From contig JBLWGC010000041.1 of assembly GCA_048772705.1 (NCBI GenBank), positions 101,360 through 165,359 on the forward strand: DNA of 64,000 nucleotides, read 5' to 3'. The notes beneath the pieces were generated by a model that had not been told where the DNA came from, made no database searches, and was given only the letters and a program-made list of their open reading frames with translations. Shown in pieces: positions 60,371 to 64,000 of this stretch. How positions within the stretch are numbered: the first letter of the stretch is position 1; each line of letters opens with the position of its first letter. A program made the position numbers and the translations under genes. The DNA comes from Leidyana gryllorum EB-2025a. Lineage: Eukaryota; Protista; Apicomplexa.

Positions 60371-62064
60371 CGAATTTTCGTGCAAAGGGGATTCAAAAAT
60401 ATCACCACAACTAATCAAGCGCACAGACTCCAGGAATACCGGGTGGGAGATGGCACCACACACACCTGTCCACACTTCAGACGACTTGCGAAGAAGCGTA
60501 ATTGTAGCAACTCGAACGACATAGTAACGCAACTGATCGCCAGCATCAGTGCCTTCGCTTACTTGTGGACCAGTAGACCCCAACTGACAAGGCGGTTCCT
60601 CTCGGCTCTCGATCGGAACCTTGAGTTGGGTATGGGTAGGGAAGGTTATGATTACTCCGCCTTTGGACTGGATCGCAATCATCCCTGCAGCGCTGATGGG
60701 GAAGCACTGATCATCATCGGTGTGCGATTCGAATTCCATGGGCAGCGCTCCAGCAAACATGAGGAAAGAGTGTTGTTCTGGAACGAACGTGTGTGTAACT
60801 CCGAGACGCCATATAACATGATAGGTACCCGGAGGTACGTGGCGGAATCTGGTTCCTGCCACACAGTTATCCCCGGGAGTCAGGTGACTCCCGAAACCGA
60901 AGAAGGAGCGCGGAAGAGGAACCAAGGAGGGCACCCATTTCTCAGCTTGCTTAGGATGATAGTGTGTCACGGCACCTGGAAGTATTCGACCATCGCGCAG
61001 AGCGCCATGGTCTTGCCACATCCAAAAAGTTATGGGGTCTTATACCCCACCACCTCGCCATCTTCGGTTAGGTACACACCATAGCCCAAATCGCGTTCTT
61101 CAACCCTCCAACCCAACGAGTTGCCGTCTGTGGCTGGATTGGGGATGACGTTTCCTCGGGCATCGACGTATCGTTTCTGTTTCCATTGCGCGTCGAAAAC
61201 ATTCCAAATCTGACGTGTATTGTCATCTATTTGATCCATCTCGGCCGCAATGATGTTGCCATCAGTGCCGAAGATGGTAGGGCTGTGGCTGGTAAACTTG
61301 GCTATCTCACGTGCCGGTTGGTCAGCTGAGTCTCCCTGTTCCATGATGGTGTAATGATACCGAACAATCTGATACCCATCCGGTATTTTGTCTGGCGAGT
61401 CGACCAGCAAGTTTCCCTCTGACGGTCGAGGGGTCTCCCCGTCCCTCTGCTTGCACCTCAGGATGAAACTATCGCCTCTGTCCTGTATCTCAACGGCCTC
61501 CGTATCTATTTCTCCCTCTTCAAGAGATCCCTGGTGGGGCTCTCTGTCCTGGGATGACGCTTGGTCTGAGCTGAGGTGTTTTTTTCCTACTTGCGTCTCC
61601 TCTTCACCCTGCCCATCTGTTTCTTGACAGTCGTCAAAATGGTCTGTGACGGCTCTGAGAGGGGTGATACAGACTGTTTCGAAGCTTTCGTCGTTGTCGT
61701 CGAGCTCAAAAACAACTCCCCGTTCTGCACGAGGAGAGGGTGGCGGTGTACTGGGAAGAGTAGCTGCTAGTCGGGCTGCAAGTCTGCCGATGGGGTGGTT
61801 AGATAGCGTTATAATGAGGTTTTGAAGGATGTCATCCTTTGTTGGAGGTAATGTTTCCATACTTTGATAGACTGATCGTTCTTTGGCACTCCTTGTGAGT
61901 CGATCAGAGGTTTGAGTTCTGCCAACCTCAGGTGGGTGTGTGCCATGGAGTGTGTATTGGCGTGGTGGTAGTTTGAGGGGGGGTACTTTGGAGGAGGGCG
62001 ACTTGATCTTAGATTGCCGCGGAATGGTAGAAGGCATAGCGATGAATGCACCTACCTGCGACAT
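60371..62064 (-). CDS. Hypothetical protein; its last exon runs in frame into the ABC ATPase
   Basis: ORFs 61030-62145 and 60143-61021 can be joined by a phase-1 GTGTGT..AAG intron. Confidence 0.5.
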
Positions 62065-62143
62065 GCGTTTTTGTTGGACACAATGAGATGAGAAAAATAT
62101 TGTGGGTGTGTATGGATGGGGAGTGCAGGCTGGAAGAGCAACC

Positions 62144-63248
62144 ATGGGTGAATTGACGACAAGCGATGCTTTCGAAGAGATGAATCGGAGGGCAAAAGAA
62201 GCGCGACGAGCTACAGATGCATTCCAAACACACTTTGAAAGCTATCAAAATGCCTGTTTCAATCTCGAAATGCTGAAAGAAGCACCTAATGACAAAGCAG
62301 CCGTAGCCAAATGGAGACGATCAGCGTACGTCGCTGGAGCCGAAGCATACCAACGTCAACGAGCTGCTGAGAAAGATCTCATGATGGCACATCGCAAACA
62401 CAGGGAAGCAGTACGAGGGGCAAAACTGGCACTCCTAAATTCATCAACCCCACCCCCCATCAAACCGTTCAACCTTCGCCATGTCGTCCCACCCACTGAT
62501 GAAACTCTCTCCTGGCTCTCAACCAGCATCGAGGAGAATTCCTTGAAATGACAACGTGAGAGGTTTTTGTGTGCATATCTGTGCGAGAGCTGCGCAAGAA
62601 ACCCAATACAGTCATCGTTTCAAGCGCTCATTCAAGGGCAATAATAAACACCAACAGATACAGCCAGCAGAATACCGAACCAATCCCAAATAAGCCAATC
62701 ATGCCACAGATAAGGCGGTTGAGTCTGTGTGAAATCGCTGGCCTGCTCGCCGTCGATTTGATCCAAGGGAGCATGGCTGCTCCAATAGATCGATGGAAGC
62801 GAAACGAGTGGTCTTCACTTTACGCATCTCAATCTTCGTCTTCGAACTCGTTCTCGGCGACCACTCCGCGCTTCCATCCAAACTCTCCAACGCGCGACTC
62901 GACAATTGTGATGTCGCCCCACTACCCAATCGCGCCCATAAATCTGCCGAGGTTCCCTCAGCGAAAACTATGCGGAACTGTAAAGTGCCGACCGGTCGGC
63001 CCTCCACATCAGATAACTGCACAGGTAGCACAAAGACTCATTGCGTCAAAGACACCCTTACAATAGCCGACCCAAAAAGACCTTTTCGCCAACACCGCAT
63101 CACGCTCCAAAGATCTTGGAGTGCCGCTGATCCCAGCACTCGCATAGTTGAGCTCCCGCCTCCATCCACGCAGACAAACAATCTAGAAGTGAGGGAATTT
63201 GAGACCACACACACTCAGCCACACGCGGAGACGGAGACACGTGATTAG
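62144..63248 (+). CDS. Multi-exon hypothetical protein
   Basis: Helical N-terminal exon followed by low-complexity ORFs; splicing unresolved. Confidence 0.45.
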
Positions 63249-63280
63249 GAGGCATGTGACTGAGTTGCTTAAACGCTCGG

Positions 63281-64000
63281 TTACCTGAGGTCTGCTTCCC
63301 CATTATATTCGCTTTCGAGTTCTTCATTCCACTCCAAGCGGCTCCTATCATTTCTCATCCGTTCAGTATTCGCAGCGACCCGGTCGTCCAATAATATACT
63401 GCAATATAGATAATCGTCCAGACTGGTTAGCGAGAACCGTCTTGACTTTGCCACACAAGGTCCGAGACCCTCATAATACCAGGGTAAGTGTCCGGTCTTG
63501 GCACCCACTCGAGTTGAAAGACGATTTTGCCACGTGGCTCAAGCTGCAAAGCCGGTGTGCCGGTTCGGGAGGCAGAGCGGAAGACATACACAGACAACAC
63601 CTTCCTCACAACCGTTGCGCAGCACAGTTGCCAATCGCCGCATCCCAGTGGAGACGCAGTGTCCACCATCGAGAACTACGAAGCTGAGATTGGAAGTGAT
63701 ACAGCTTGCATTCGTTTGATCTCTCACTCCAGCTCGGGTTGATCAGTGTATGGAAACTTAAAAGCCGCTGTCAATGGGAGTTTTCCTTCTGTTGGGAGGA
63801 TCGCAGGGCAGGTGCCCTCGTGATATTCGTTGGCCCTCCCGGAAGGTAACCTCACCCCCACATTAACAGGCTAGTTGCCGGAGCATCGGTGAGAGCGGCA
63901 TGGCTTACCCAATGGTGGTCGAATTCAGATAGATTTACGAGTATGACCTTCAATTGTCCAGGTCTTCCTTTCAATGCCGACGGCCGAGGCGTCGCACTCA
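63281..64000 (-). CDS. 3' part of a multi-exon hypothetical protein
   Basis: Short minus-strand exons with GTAAG-type donors; no motif recognised. Confidence 0.35.

Noticed and set aside
1-64000. Prokaryotic operon, alternative genetic code or bacterial contamination of the whole window
   Set aside because: In-frame stops are resolved by canonical GT-AG introns, all three stop codons are used, and the bacterial-like genes are interleaved with spliced apicomplexan genes.

Overview
Extremely gene-dense eukaryotic DNA, almost certainly from an apicomplexan (class XIV myosin A, two alveolins, apicomplexan-type p24). The compaction and the short GT-AG introns (mostly 30-60 nt) suggest a gregarine-like lineage, which is inference. 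About 38 protein genes can be assembled by hand-splicing, and many are split or missed by the ORF track. Housekeeping genes include PDI, Grx5, ADF, WDR7, TFIIB, PP2A-A, myotubularin, ABHD13, PGS1, SmD3, RPB8, a USP, PGM2, SDF2, EBP2 and CAF16. Three features stand out. (1) Divergent gene pairs have only 0-80 bp between start codons, including a literal CAT|ATG junction, and some stop codons overlap. (2) Several intronless genes look bacterial: an EmrE-type SMR transporter in tandem with a threonine aldolase, an FGGY sugar kinase and a BtrH-N-like protein. There is also a UDP-galactopyranose mutase. (3) An ACGTGT/CACACA motif recurs inside introns. I could not support any rRNA, tRNA, CRISPR array or mobile element. 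All family assignments come from motif recognition, not database searches, and spliced coordinates are manual estimates.
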